Below, piece by piece: positions 16,122 through 24,415 of a stretch of DNA of 24,415 nucleotides. A program made the position numbers and the translations under genes. This stretch comes from a virus (taxonomy: Duplodnaviria > Caudoviricetes), in IMG/VR virus record IMGVR_UViG_3300002092_000189, positions 1-24,415 of that record; one strand, given 5' to 3'. A model generated the notes under the pieces. It was not told the DNA's origin. It did no database searches and saw only the letters and a program-made list of their open reading frames with translations. How positions within the stretch are numbered: the first letter of the stretch is position 1; each line of letters opens with the position of its first letter.

Positions 16122-16403
16122 ATGAGAATAGTACAAAGAATTGTTACAAAACAAGGTCATGTTGTTCCATCTAGTTCTTATGCTCCACGAGGACCATTTC
16201 CAGCAGAAATATTTATAGAGCCGGAAATTATTACAGATTACAGACCATTTGATGATGAACATCCTAGAGGCGCTACTGCACAGAATGATTTTAAATCTCC
16301 TAAGCTCTTTCGTTGTAGAGACTGCACTGTGATAGTATTAGAGCATGAAGTACCAGATCACTGGTGCGAGGAAACGGGCAAACAAGATGGCGAAGACGCA
16401 TGA
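16122..16403 (+). CDS. hypothetical protein with CxxC..HxC
   Basis: ORF track; AAGGGG RBS. Confidence 0.75.
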   Translation: MRIVQRIVTKQGHVVPSSSYAPRGPFPAEIFIEPEIITDYRPFDDEHPRGATAQNDFKSPKLFRCRDCTVIVLEHEVPDHWCEETGKQDGEDA

Positions 16404-16680
16404 TGTTGGGAAGTTTTACTGGCATTTAATGACGTATCCAGTAAAGCCACCCGTAGTTTTAGAAAGAGCAGAAACTCAAGAAATTGACGGGCAGTATCGT
16501 TTTGGTAAGGGTTGGTGTTTAAGACTTCCATTAACACGAAAGTCTATTGTTATGGGTAAATGGATTAAAACATATAGTGAAAGTGAAGCGTTAACTGTTG
16601 CCATCAATGGTAGACGTATGGATAAAGAAGAAATTGACTGGGACGTTATTAGATTTGGGGCATCATATGAGGATATTTAA
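16387..16680 (+). CDS. hypothetical protein (MAKTHDV...)
   Basis: ORF track; start adjusted. Confidence 0.7.
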   Translation: MAKTHDVGKFYWHLMTYPVKPPVVLERAETQEIDGQYRFGKGWCLRLPLTRKSIVMGKWIKTYSESEALTVAINGRRMDKEEIDWDVIRFGASYEDI

Positions 16681-16906
16681 ACGTAGGAGTAAAACTGTAA
16701 AAGAATTAACTAAAGTTCAACGTCGGGTAAATTCTCTTCCTACACCAGAATTACTTACATGGACCGATCAAATTATGTATTCTATAGGCCGTAATTTATC
16801 TGCCTGGCAAAAAACTCAGTATAAAGATAATTTAGCAGAGGCACGTTTAGGGGCAGAATCTTTAAACGCCATTTTAGATACTTTAAGTGAAAGACATACT
16901 CTGTGA
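16667..16906 (+). CDS. small helical protein upstream of TerL
   Basis: GTGA overlap with TerL start; start adjusted. Confidence 0.7.
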   Translation: MRIFKRRSKTVKELTKVQRRVNSLPTPELLTWTDQIMYSIGRNLSAWQKTQYKDNLAEARLGAESLNAILDTLSERHTL

Positions 16907-19236
16907 CCAATATTGAGTTTGATGAGCTAGAACCAGAAGATTTTGATGAGTTTGGTAATGTATTATCCGAAGAAGTTGAAGATGATGGTTTAGACGAACT
17001 TTCTAAAGAATTTGTAAAAGTTCTTATAGAAAAAATTATGGACTTTATGAAAGTCCTTGTTGGTCACGAACTGCATCCTTATCAGCAACCTTTAGCTCGT
17101 AGACTTATTGAATCAGTGATTATTAACGATGGTGAAGAAATTACTGCTCTTGCCTCTCGTCAGTCAGGTAAATCAGAAACTATTGCCAATACAGTAGCAA
17201 CCCTTATGATTATTCTTCCACGCCTAGCTAAGATGTATCCAGAGCTATTGGGTAAATTTGGTGACGGAATTATGGTGGGAATGTTTGCCCCAGTTCAGTC
17301 ACAGGTAGAAACCCTCTATTCTCGTACAGTATCTCGTTTAACTAGTGAATTTGCTCTAGATGTACTTGGTGATCCTGAAATTGACGATATGGTCTCTAAA
17401 ACTCCTGGAGTAGTAAGAAATATCCGCCTTAAAAATTCTGGCTCATCTCTTATGATGATGACAGCAAACCCACGAGCCAAAATTGAATCTAAGTCCTTTC
17501 ACCTCATAATTATTGATGAGTGTCAAGAGGCTGACGATTTTGTGGTTGCTAAATCAATTTCACCTATGGGCGCATACTACAACGCCACTATGGTTAAAAC
17601 AGGTACTCCGACTACACATAAAAACAACTTTTATAAAGCTATCCAATTTAATAGACGTAGGCAGACTAGCCGCAACGCAAAGCAAAACCATTTTCAATGG
17701 GATTGGAAAGATGTTGCAAAAGTAAACCCTAACTATGAAAAGTTTATTAAAAAGGAAATGCTGCGCATTAGTGAGGACTCCGATGAGTTCCAGCTGTCGT
17801 ACAACTGCCTTACTCCAGACACTAAAGTACTTACTAAAGACTTGCGTTATGTAGAAATAGGCTCAGTACAGGTAGGGGATGTTTTAGTAGGGTTTGATGA
17901 GGAGTCTCCTACAAAGGGGGCGCACAGAAAGATACGTGAAACTACGGTAACTAAGGCAGAGCGGATCCTTCGTCCTACCTACGAGATTGCGTTATCTGAT
18001 GGAACTGTAGTTAAAGCTTCGGATGGACACTTATGGCTAGTATCAACAGCGGGTCGCCGCACTGTGTGGAAGCGCACAGATGAGCTAGCTTCTACCGACC
18101 GCATCTTCAAGATATTTGATAAATGGGATCATATTGAGGACTATCGTACGGGGTACTTAGCCGCAGCTTTTGACGGCGAAGGTCATTTTTCTAGGCAAGC
18201 AATGCTTGGGTTCTCTCAACGTGATAACGTAATGCTGAAAAAGGTAAGAAAGTATTTAGACGAACTAGGGTTTAATTACTGGGAGCGCCACGAAACAGGA
18301 ACCAATAATGATGTAACTGTACTTCACATTGCTGGCGGTCGAGCAAGCATGTCTCGATTTTTAGGGCAAATTCGCCCTGAGCGGTTACTTCAAAAGGTTA
18401 ACCTTAATTCTTTTGGCTCTATCGGTCGCCATGACTTTGTGGGTCAAGACTTTGAGCACCCGTTAGTGCTATCAGTAGAGTCTGTTGGAGAGAGGGAAGT
18501 TGTTGCCCTTGAGACTACAACTCAAACCTTTATTGCAGAAGGTCTTGCCTCTCATAACTGCAAATGGCTTCTTGAACGAGGAATGTTCGTTACATCTAAT
18601 ATTATGGAAGATCTCGGGGATACTTCCCAAGAGATTGTTAAATCATGGCATAGATCCCCAGTAGTAGTTGGAATTGATCCAGCTCGTAAAATGGACTCAA
18701 CAGTTGTCACAGTAGTGTGGGTAGACTGGGACCGTCCAGATGAATATGGTTATTATGATCATAGAGTATTAAATTGGCTTGAAATGCAGGGTGATGACTG
18801 GGAAGAACAGTATTTTCAAATTCAACAGTTCCTTTCAGCATACGATGTGCTTGCTATAGGAATTGACGCCAATGGTGTTGGTGATGCAGTGGCCGGAAGA
18901 TTAAAAGTATTGATGCCTCGTGCAGAAGTTATTCCGGTTACATCTAGCCCTACTGAGCAGTCTAAACGGTGGAAACACTTACAGGCATTGATACAGCGCC
19001 AGATGGTCTCATGGCCTTCCCATGCTAAGACTCGTCGTTTACGTATTTGGAAAAAGTTTTACCAGCAAATGACGGATGCTGAAGTTCAGTACAAAGGCCC
19101 TAACTTTTTAGTAGCTGCTCCAGATGAGGTACACGCCCATGATGACTTTGTAGACTCATTGTCTTTGGCATGTTCCCTAACACAAGAACTAGTTATGCCG
19201 ACAATTGAAGTTTCTGCAAGTCCCTTTTTCACGTAG
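16903..19236 (+). CDS. terL: terminase large subunit containing an intein
   Basis: Walker A SRQSGKSE; Walker B LIIIDE; TGTP; nuclease VGIDPA and HDDFVDS. Confidence 0.95.
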   Translation: MTNIEFDELEPEDFDEFGNVLSEEVEDDGLDELSKEFVKVLIEKIMDFMKVLVGHELHPYQQPLARRLIESVIINDGEEITALASRQSGKSETIANTVATLMIILPRLAKMYPELLGKFGDGIMVGMFAPVQSQVETLYSRTVSRLTSEFALDVLGDPEIDDMVSKTPGVVRNIRLKNSGSSLMMMTANPRAKIESKSFHLIIIDECQEADDFVVAKSISPMGAYYNATMVKTGTPTTHKNNFYKAIQFNRRRQTSRNAKQNHFQWDWKDVAKVNPNYEKFIKKEMLRISEDSDEFQLSYNCLTPDTKVLTKDLRYVEIGSVQVGDVLVGFDEESPTKGAHRKIRETTVTKAERILRPTYEIALSDGTVVKASDGHLWLVSTAGRRTVWKRTDELASTDRIFKIFDKWDHIEDYRTGYLAAAFDGEGHFSRQAMLGFSQRDNVMLKKVRKYLDELGFNYWERHETGTNNDVTVLHIAGGRASMSRFLGQIRPERLLQKVNLNSFGSIGRHDFVGQDFEHPLVLSVESVGEREVVALETTTQTFIAEGLASHNCKWLLERGMFVTSNIMEDLGDTSQEIVKSWHRSPVVVGIDPARKMDSTVVTVVWVDWDRPDEYGYYDHRVLNWLEMQGDDWEEQYFQIQQFLSAYDVLAIGIDANGVGDAVAGRLKVLMPRAEVIPVTSSPTEQSKRWKHLQALIQRQMVSWPSHAKTRRLRIWKKFYQQMTDAEVQYKGPNFLVAAPDEVHAHDDFVDSLSLACSLTQELVMPTIEVSASPFFT
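17806..18558 (+). mobile_element. intein (251 aa) with a single LAGLIDADG-like domain
   Basis: N|CLTPDTKV; block B ASDGHLW; YLAAAFDGEG; FIAEGLASHN|C. Confidence 0.95.
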
Positions 19237-19268
19237 TACTTCTACTCTAGGCATGATACGCTTTACCT

Positions 19269-19847
19269 ATGAATATATGTATAGTAGATGAATGTAATAA
19301 TAAAGTGTTCGGCCACGGATACTGTAATATGCATTACAAGAGGTGGAAAAAGAGCGGGGATCCAGGACCAGCAACTACTTTAAAAAGAACTGGGTGCTCA
19401 GTAGTAGGGTGTCTAGAACCCCATTGTGGGCTAGGTTTCTGCAATACTCATTGGTCTAGGTTCAAAGTAACTGGAAAAGTTCCTACTACTCCTATACGAA
19501 GATTTGGAGAGGAAAAAGACGGGTGTCCTAGACTCTTTTGCAGAGAAAAGATATCAACAAAGGGGTTATGTCAACGGCACTATTCTAGATTAACGTTGTA
19601 TAAGACCTATCAAAAGGACTTTAATTGGGATTCTTATGATGCTTTGTGGGACTTCCAAAAAGGACTGTGTGGAATTTGTGGCTCTGAACTAATGTGGGAT
19701 TCCAAATTAACCCATGTAGATCATGATCACGAGACCGGGGAAATACGTGGATTGCTATGCAGTATATGTAATCAAGGTTTGGGATCATTTAGAGATGACA
19801 TAGAGTTACTAAGATCTGCTGTTAAGTATTTAAAAAAGTATCTTTGA
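19269..19847 (+). CDS. free-standing Endonuclease VII-family HNH endonuclease with three N-terminal Cys/His repeats
   Basis: CGIC..HVDHDHETGEIRGLLCSICNQGLG; three C-x4-C..G.C..H repeats; TACGCT 6 nt before ATG. Confidence 0.9.
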   Translation: MNICIVDECNNKVFGHGYCNMHYKRWKKSGDPGPATTLKRTGCSVVGCLEPHCGLGFCNTHWSRFKVTGKVPTTPIRRFGEEKDGCPRLFCREKISTKGLCQRHYSRLTLYKTYQKDFNWDSYDALWDFQKGLCGICGSELMWDSKLTHVDHDHETGEIRGLLCSICNQGLGSFRDDIELLRSAVKYLKKYL

Positions 19848-19923
19848 TTAACCGTACAAATGCCTAAATAGAAGCGAGAATTGTGCCCGAGGACCTCAAT
19901 CCCAACCCTATAGGAGAATAAAA

Positions 19924-20331
19924 ATGGCAGTAGAAAATATCGCCCCAACACCTCAGTTTCCTGAGCGTCCGGGCAACTCTTACGAGCGTAAGATGTCAAT
20001 GGCAATGCCAGGCCTTCGTGGCCCACTTCGCTTTGAAGAAGGTATTGCAACAGACACAGATGTACCAAATGATTTCCAACTTGGTTTGGATCAAGGTTAT
20101 GACACTCCAGAAGGACGTCCTAACCACAATGTAAATGTAATGGAAAAGTATGCAGATGAAACAATGCGTGAACGTGCTCACGTTGGTTCTGCTGCATGGG
20201 TAGAAGCTCCAACATACCTAGGCGAATTTGCTCAAGGTAACTTTGGAGATCACTCAACAGTCGTTATCGAAGAGGTTGTACGCAATGGCTCACGTCAAGA
20301 GCGTATGAACCCAGCTTCAGTCCTAGACTAA
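19924..20331 (+). CDS. hypothetical head-module protein (135 aa)
   Basis: AGGAG RBS; position between terL and portal. Confidence 0.85.
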   Translation: MAVENIAPTPQFPERPGNSYERKMSMAMPGLRGPLRFEEGIATDTDVPNDFQLGLDQGYDTPEGRPNHNVNVMEKYADETMRERAHVGSAAWVEAPTYLGEFAQGNFGDHSTVVIEEVVRNGSRQERMNPASVLD

Positions 20332-20407
20332 AAAATACGATAGACTATACCGGTCTTCAGCTCTGTACCCCTTTCTCCGGAGCTGAAGACCTATATAGGA
20401 GGAGACA

Positions 20408-20674
20408 ATGGCACAACCTAGTAATCCAAAGTTGTACAACATGTTATTAGCGCAAGCTAAGGCCAGATTTCCTTCGCACAAACCAAATGGCTTAAGTTTT
20501 CCAGCAGCTAAATGGTTTGGGCAAGAATATGCAAGAGAAGGTGGAGGTTTTGTAGATTCCATTAAACAAGTGGATCCAAAGCTAAGAGATTTTAAAGAAG
20601 AAGATATTAAAAAAGAAAAACGTAAAGAAGCATTAGAAAAAAAGAAAAAGAAACAATCAGGTTTCGTCGTTTAA
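20408..20674 (+). CDS. basic hypothetical protein (88 aa)
   Basis: AGGAGG RBS; preceded by TAGACT and a 12-bp hairpin at about 20352-20391. Confidence 0.8.
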   Translation: MAQPSNPKLYNMLLAQAKARFPSHKPNGLSFPAAKWFGQEYAREGGGFVDSIKQVDPKLRDFKEEDIKKEKRKEALEKKKKKQSGFVV

Positions 20675-20707
20675 GTTGGGGGCAACTATGAAGTCAGGAT
20701 GTAATCA

Positions 20708-22423
20708 ATGAGCGGTGGTATGGATTTCTCACCTCCCAGTTATAGGGCGGCGTCGTCTGACTTAACCATCTCCATTTCACCATTAGGTTTGGTGGAACTT
20801 GCCGATGAAGAGTTTGAAGTACACGGTCCACGTCTAAACCGTTACTCACTTAACTGGGCTATGTATCTTGGTCATCACTGGTCTTATCGCCGTGAAATTG
20901 GCGAATCACAAATGGTGTACAACTATTACCGTGCCTTTACAGATTTTATTATTAACTTTACATTTAGCCGTGGAGTATCATTTCGCAGCCCACAACAGAC
21001 CGAAGCTATTATCCCGGACGTATTAAAGCGTGTATGGGAAATTGATAACGATAAGCACGGCATTCTATGGGAAATGGGACAACAAGGCGGAGTATCCGGA
21101 GATTGCTTTGTTAAAGTAGCTTATGAAGAAGCTTACGAAGATTCTACAGGTCGCCCTCACAGAGGACGTATCCGTATCCTTCCTCTTAACTCTTCTTTTG
21201 CATTTCCAGAGTTCCACCCGCATGACCGTTCTCGCCTAATTCGTTTTAAACTAAAGTACCGCTTTTGGGGAACTTCAGTTGAGGGAACACGCCAGGTATA
21301 CACTTACACCGAAATCTTGACTGATGATCGCATTGAAGAATACATTAACGACGAGCTCATTGACTCTCGTCCAAATCCAATTGGCGTAGTTCCAGTCATT
21401 CATATTCCTAACGTACGTGTTTCAGGTTCCCCATGGGGCCTTAGTGATTGTCATGATCTTATTACGCTTAACCGCAACTACAATGAAGTCGCAACTGATA
21501 TAGCAGATATTGTTAATTATCATGCTGCTCCAGTTACAGTTATTACCGGTGCTAAAGCATCTTCTCTTGAAAAAGGTCCTAAGAAAGTTTGGGCAGGTCT
21601 TCCTAAAGAAGCACAGGTCTTTAACCTTGAAGGTGGCGGACAGGGGTTACAAGGCGCCCTAGAATATCTAAAAGTTGTTAAGACAGCTATGCATGAAATG
21701 GTTGGCGTACCTGAAACTGCTCTTGGTCAAGTACAGCCTATTTCCAACACTTCCGGTGTTGCCCTTGCTATTCAGTACCAGCCTCTGATGAATCGCTACC
21801 ACCAGAAGCTAGTACAATATCAGGAGGGCCTACGCCGTATCAATGAGCTAGTTCTTTTAACACTTGCGTTTAAAGAACCAGAAGTTTTTATCTATAACCC
21901 AGAGGTTAACGGTCCTATTAAACCAGGTCAACTTACAAAACTTGATCTAGCCAACCCTATTACTTATGAGTCAGTTGTTCATATGCCACCTCCACTCCCA
22001 TTGGATAAGCTCATTGTTCTCAATGAAATCCAACAAAAGATGAATATGAACTTAGAAAGCCGTGAAGGTGCTTTACGTCAACTTGGTGAGGAATTTCCAG
22101 ATGAAAAACTTGCCGAAATTCGTGCAGAACTTATTGCGGATGCAAAGGCAGATGGCGCTATTGCTCTTGTTAAGCAGCAGATAAATTCAGCAATCACATC
22201 GCTTACTGGTATGATGCCTGATGGAACTCTTCCTCCGGGTGCAGAGCCTGGCGATGGAACTGGCCCTGGCCCAATGGGACAACCTGGTGTTATATCTCCA
22301 TTTGAAGAGCAAACAATTACAGAACTTCAGCAAGAAATGGTTGTAGAAGCTTACGGATCTCGTATCCCAGCGCAGACTGCTAACACGCAAACTGATACAC
22401 CCAACTCTGAAGAAAACCAATGA
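20708..22423 (+). CDS. portal protein (SPP1 gp6-like)
   Basis: Size and position; GDCFVKV, NPIGVVPVIHIPN, WGLSD, SGVAL motifs. Confidence 0.9.
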   Translation: MSGGMDFSPPSYRAASSDLTISISPLGLVELADEEFEVHGPRLNRYSLNWAMYLGHHWSYRREIGESQMVYNYYRAFTDFIINFTFSRGVSFRSPQQTEAIIPDVLKRVWEIDNDKHGILWEMGQQGGVSGDCFVKVAYEEAYEDSTGRPHRGRIRILPLNSSFAFPEFHPHDRSRLIRFKLKYRFWGTSVEGTRQVYTYTEILTDDRIEEYINDELIDSRPNPIGVVPVIHIPNVRVSGSPWGLSDCHDLITLNRNYNEVATDIADIVNYHAAPVTVITGAKASSLEKGPKKVWAGLPKEAQVFNLEGGGQGLQGALEYLKVVKTAMHEMVGVPETALGQVQPISNTSGVALAIQYQPLMNRYHQKLVQYQEGLRRINELVLLTLAFKEPEVFIYNPEVNGPIKPGQLTKLDLANPITYESVVHMPPPLPLDKLIVLNEIQQKMNMNLESREGALRQLGEEFPDEKLAEIRAELIADAKADGAIALVKQQINSAITSLTGMMPDGTLPPGAEPGDGTGPGPMGQPGVISPFEEQTITELQQEMVVEAYGSRIPAQTANTQTDTPNSEENQ

Positions 22424-22530
22424 TTTAACCTGACAAATCACTAATAATTTGTCAGGCTATATACCAAACCAACCCGCAGGTCATCGTGGCATTAAATCGG
22501 ACAACGACCTCTTAACCTAAAGGAACAAGC

Positions 22531-23304
22531 ATGTCAGAAACAACATCACCTGTTGTTGATAGTGCAGTGGCCCAAGAAGCATTTGCTTCTGAAGTTAATG
22601 GCACAGCATCATCAGCACAGCAAGAAATCGTACCTCCTGTTGCAGATGCAAAATCAGGATATACAGAAGTAGATCTTCAACGAGTTCGTGAACAAGAGAA
22701 ATCAAAGCTTTATCCTCAAATTGATTCACTAAAAGAAGAAATTAATCTACTTAAGAAAGACCGCGAAGCGCAGCTTGCAGAAGCTACCCGCATTGCAAAA
22801 GAGAAAGAAGAAGCAGCTCGTAAGTTAGCAGAATCTGAAATGGATGTTCGTTCACTTCTTGAAAAGAAGGAACAAGAATGGGCAGCCCAACTCGAAGAAA
22901 TTCGTCAAGAAGGTGCTCGTAAAGATGCACTTCTAGAACGTGAACGTCAGTATGCTGAACTTAGTGCTTATCGTAATCGTCGCCTTGCTGAAGAGCAAGA
23001 CAATATTATGCCTGAGCTTGTAGATCTAATCTCAGGAAATAGTCAAGACGAAATAGAACAAAGTATTACCGGACTTAGAGAACGTTCGTCTAAGATCTTG
23101 GAATCGGCGCAGCAGGCTATGCAGTCAGCTCGTCGTGATATGAAGGGCACAAGTACTACTTTGCCCCCAACCATGGAAAACAATTCGGGTCAACAACAGT
23201 TCACAGCGGATCAAATTGCCGCAATGTCGGTTACTGAATACGCAAAATACAGAGATCGTTTGTTCCCAGGAGCAAGCAATCAAAATAAGGGAATCTTCGG
23301 GTAA
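22531..23304 (+). CDS. capsid scaffolding protein
   Basis: Coiled coil; C-terminal IAAMSVTEYAKYR; directly before the capsid gene. Confidence 0.85.
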   Translation: MSETTSPVVDSAVAQEAFASEVNGTASSAQQEIVPPVADAKSGYTEVDLQRVREQEKSKLYPQIDSLKEEINLLKKDREAQLAEATRIAKEKEEAARKLAESEMDVRSLLEKKEQEWAAQLEEIRQEGARKDALLERERQYAELSAYRNRRLAEEQDNIMPELVDLISGNSQDEIEQSITGLRERSSKILESAQQAMQSARRDMKGTSTTLPPTMENNSGQQQFTADQIAAMSVTEYAKYRDRLFPGASNQNKGIFG

Positions 23305-23357
23305 GAAATTACCTTTTAAAACCAACCTAACATATATGAATAAGGAGTAATACCGAC

Positions 23358-24415
23358 ATGGCATCAGCCGTTACAGGTACCGGCAATCTAGCCGCAGCAC
23401 CTACCGCGTATTCTGGTTCTAACAGCCAGCTTACACAAGCAATTCAGACCATCTGGTCTAAGGAAATTCTTTTCCAGTCAATGCCGATTCTACGCTTCGA
23501 ACAGTTCGCTGTTAAGAAGACAGAACTAGGCGTCGCACCTGGTCTACAGATCAACTTCATGCGTTACAACAACCTAGGCTTCGCAGCTCCATTGGTTGAA
23601 GGCGTACGTATGTCAACAAACGCATTGACTGCACAACAGTTCTCAATCACTGTTGCTGAGCACGGATATGCAATTGCAGTATCTGAGCTTCTACTTAACG
23701 CATCATTTGATGATGTTATGGCATCAGCTTCACGTCTTCTTGGACGTAACATGGCTCTCTACCTTGATGGCCAAGCTCGTGACACACTTATGGCTGCATC
23801 TTCAGTCATCTACGGTGAAGATCGTTCTAACCTCTCAGCAGTTAACAACTGGTATGCATACGGAACAGCAGCTACATCACGTGCTTCTCTTACCGGTGCT
23901 TCATACCTTTCAACACGTACCGTTAAGGACGCTGTAGAAACACTAGCAACCAAGAACATCCCTCGGTTAGGTGAGACCTACGTTGCATTCGTGCATCCTC
24001 ACCAATCACGTCGTCTTCGTGACAATCCTGAGTTCATTGAAGTAACAAAGTACGCAGCTCCAGGAAACTTCATGCTCGGTGAAATTGGTCGTCTATACGA
24101 CACAGTATTCATTGAAACAACACAGATCTCTAAGGTAGTAGACGGTGGCGGTAGCAACTATACTGCTGATACAGCTGTTGCTCCAGGATCAATTGTTTAC
24201 CCAACTGGTGGAGGATACACATCCCCTGCTACAGCTGTAGGTAACGCAACAGGTACTTCAGGAACATCTGCTCGTAACGATCGTTACTCAGCAATCTTTA
24301 TTGGAGACAACGCATTCGGTCACGCTATCTCACTTCCAGTTGAGCTTCGTGACGGCGGTATTCTTGACTTCGGTCGTGAGCACGCTCTTGCATGGTACGC
24401 AATCTACGGTCTTGG
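23358..24415 (+). CDS. major capsid protein, N4-gp56-like (3' truncated; absent from ORF track)
   Basis: TAAGGAG RBS; open to window end; MASAVTGTG..WSKEILFQSMP.LRFEQFA..HPHQ..GEIG..DFGREHALAWY. Confidence 0.92.
   Translation, partial: MASAVTGTGNLAAAPTAYSGSNSQLTQAIQTIWSKEILFQSMPILRFEQFAVKKTELGVAPGLQINFMRYNNLGFAAPLVEGVRMSTNALTAQQFSITVAEHGYAIAVSELLLNASFDDVMASASRLLGRNMALYLDGQARDTLMAASSVIYGEDRSNLSAVNNWYAYGTAATSRASLTGASYLSTRTVKDAVETLATKNIPRLGETYVAFVHPHQSRRLRDNPEFIEVTKYAAPGNFMLGEIGRLYDTVFIETTQISKVVDGGGSNYTADTAVAPGSIVYPTGGGYTSPATAVGNATGTSGTSARNDRYSAIFIGDNAFGHAISLPVELRDGGILDFGREHALAWYAIYGL

Noticed and set aside
23564-23937. Track ORFs inside the capsid gene
   Set aside because: Shadows of the open capsid frame starting at 23358.

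Overview
Segment of a large tailed dsDNA phage. WhiB, FmdB, a PASTA domain, a DUF7455-like protein and leaderless promoters point to an Actinobacterial host; the AT-rich composition would fit a low-GC freshwater lineage (inference). Transcription diverges at about 5.1 kb. The left arm (minus strand, early-like) has many tiny ORFs, a WhiB and about 1.9 kb of densely structured non-coding sequence. That includes a family of 16-bp stem/variable-loop repeats and hairpin loops complementary to the leader of the first gene. The right arm (plus strand) carries two KTSC paralogues, a DUF6065-like gene, Hsp20, tRNA-Asn, FmdB, an HslV-like protease, a PASTA-containing virion protein and basic/disordered proteins. 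It continues with an inverted secreted lysozyme-like gene with a structured leader, intein-containing TerL, an EndoVII-type HNH, portal, scaffold and an N4-gp56-like major capsid gene that runs off the window. All calls are by eye; no searches or folding were run.
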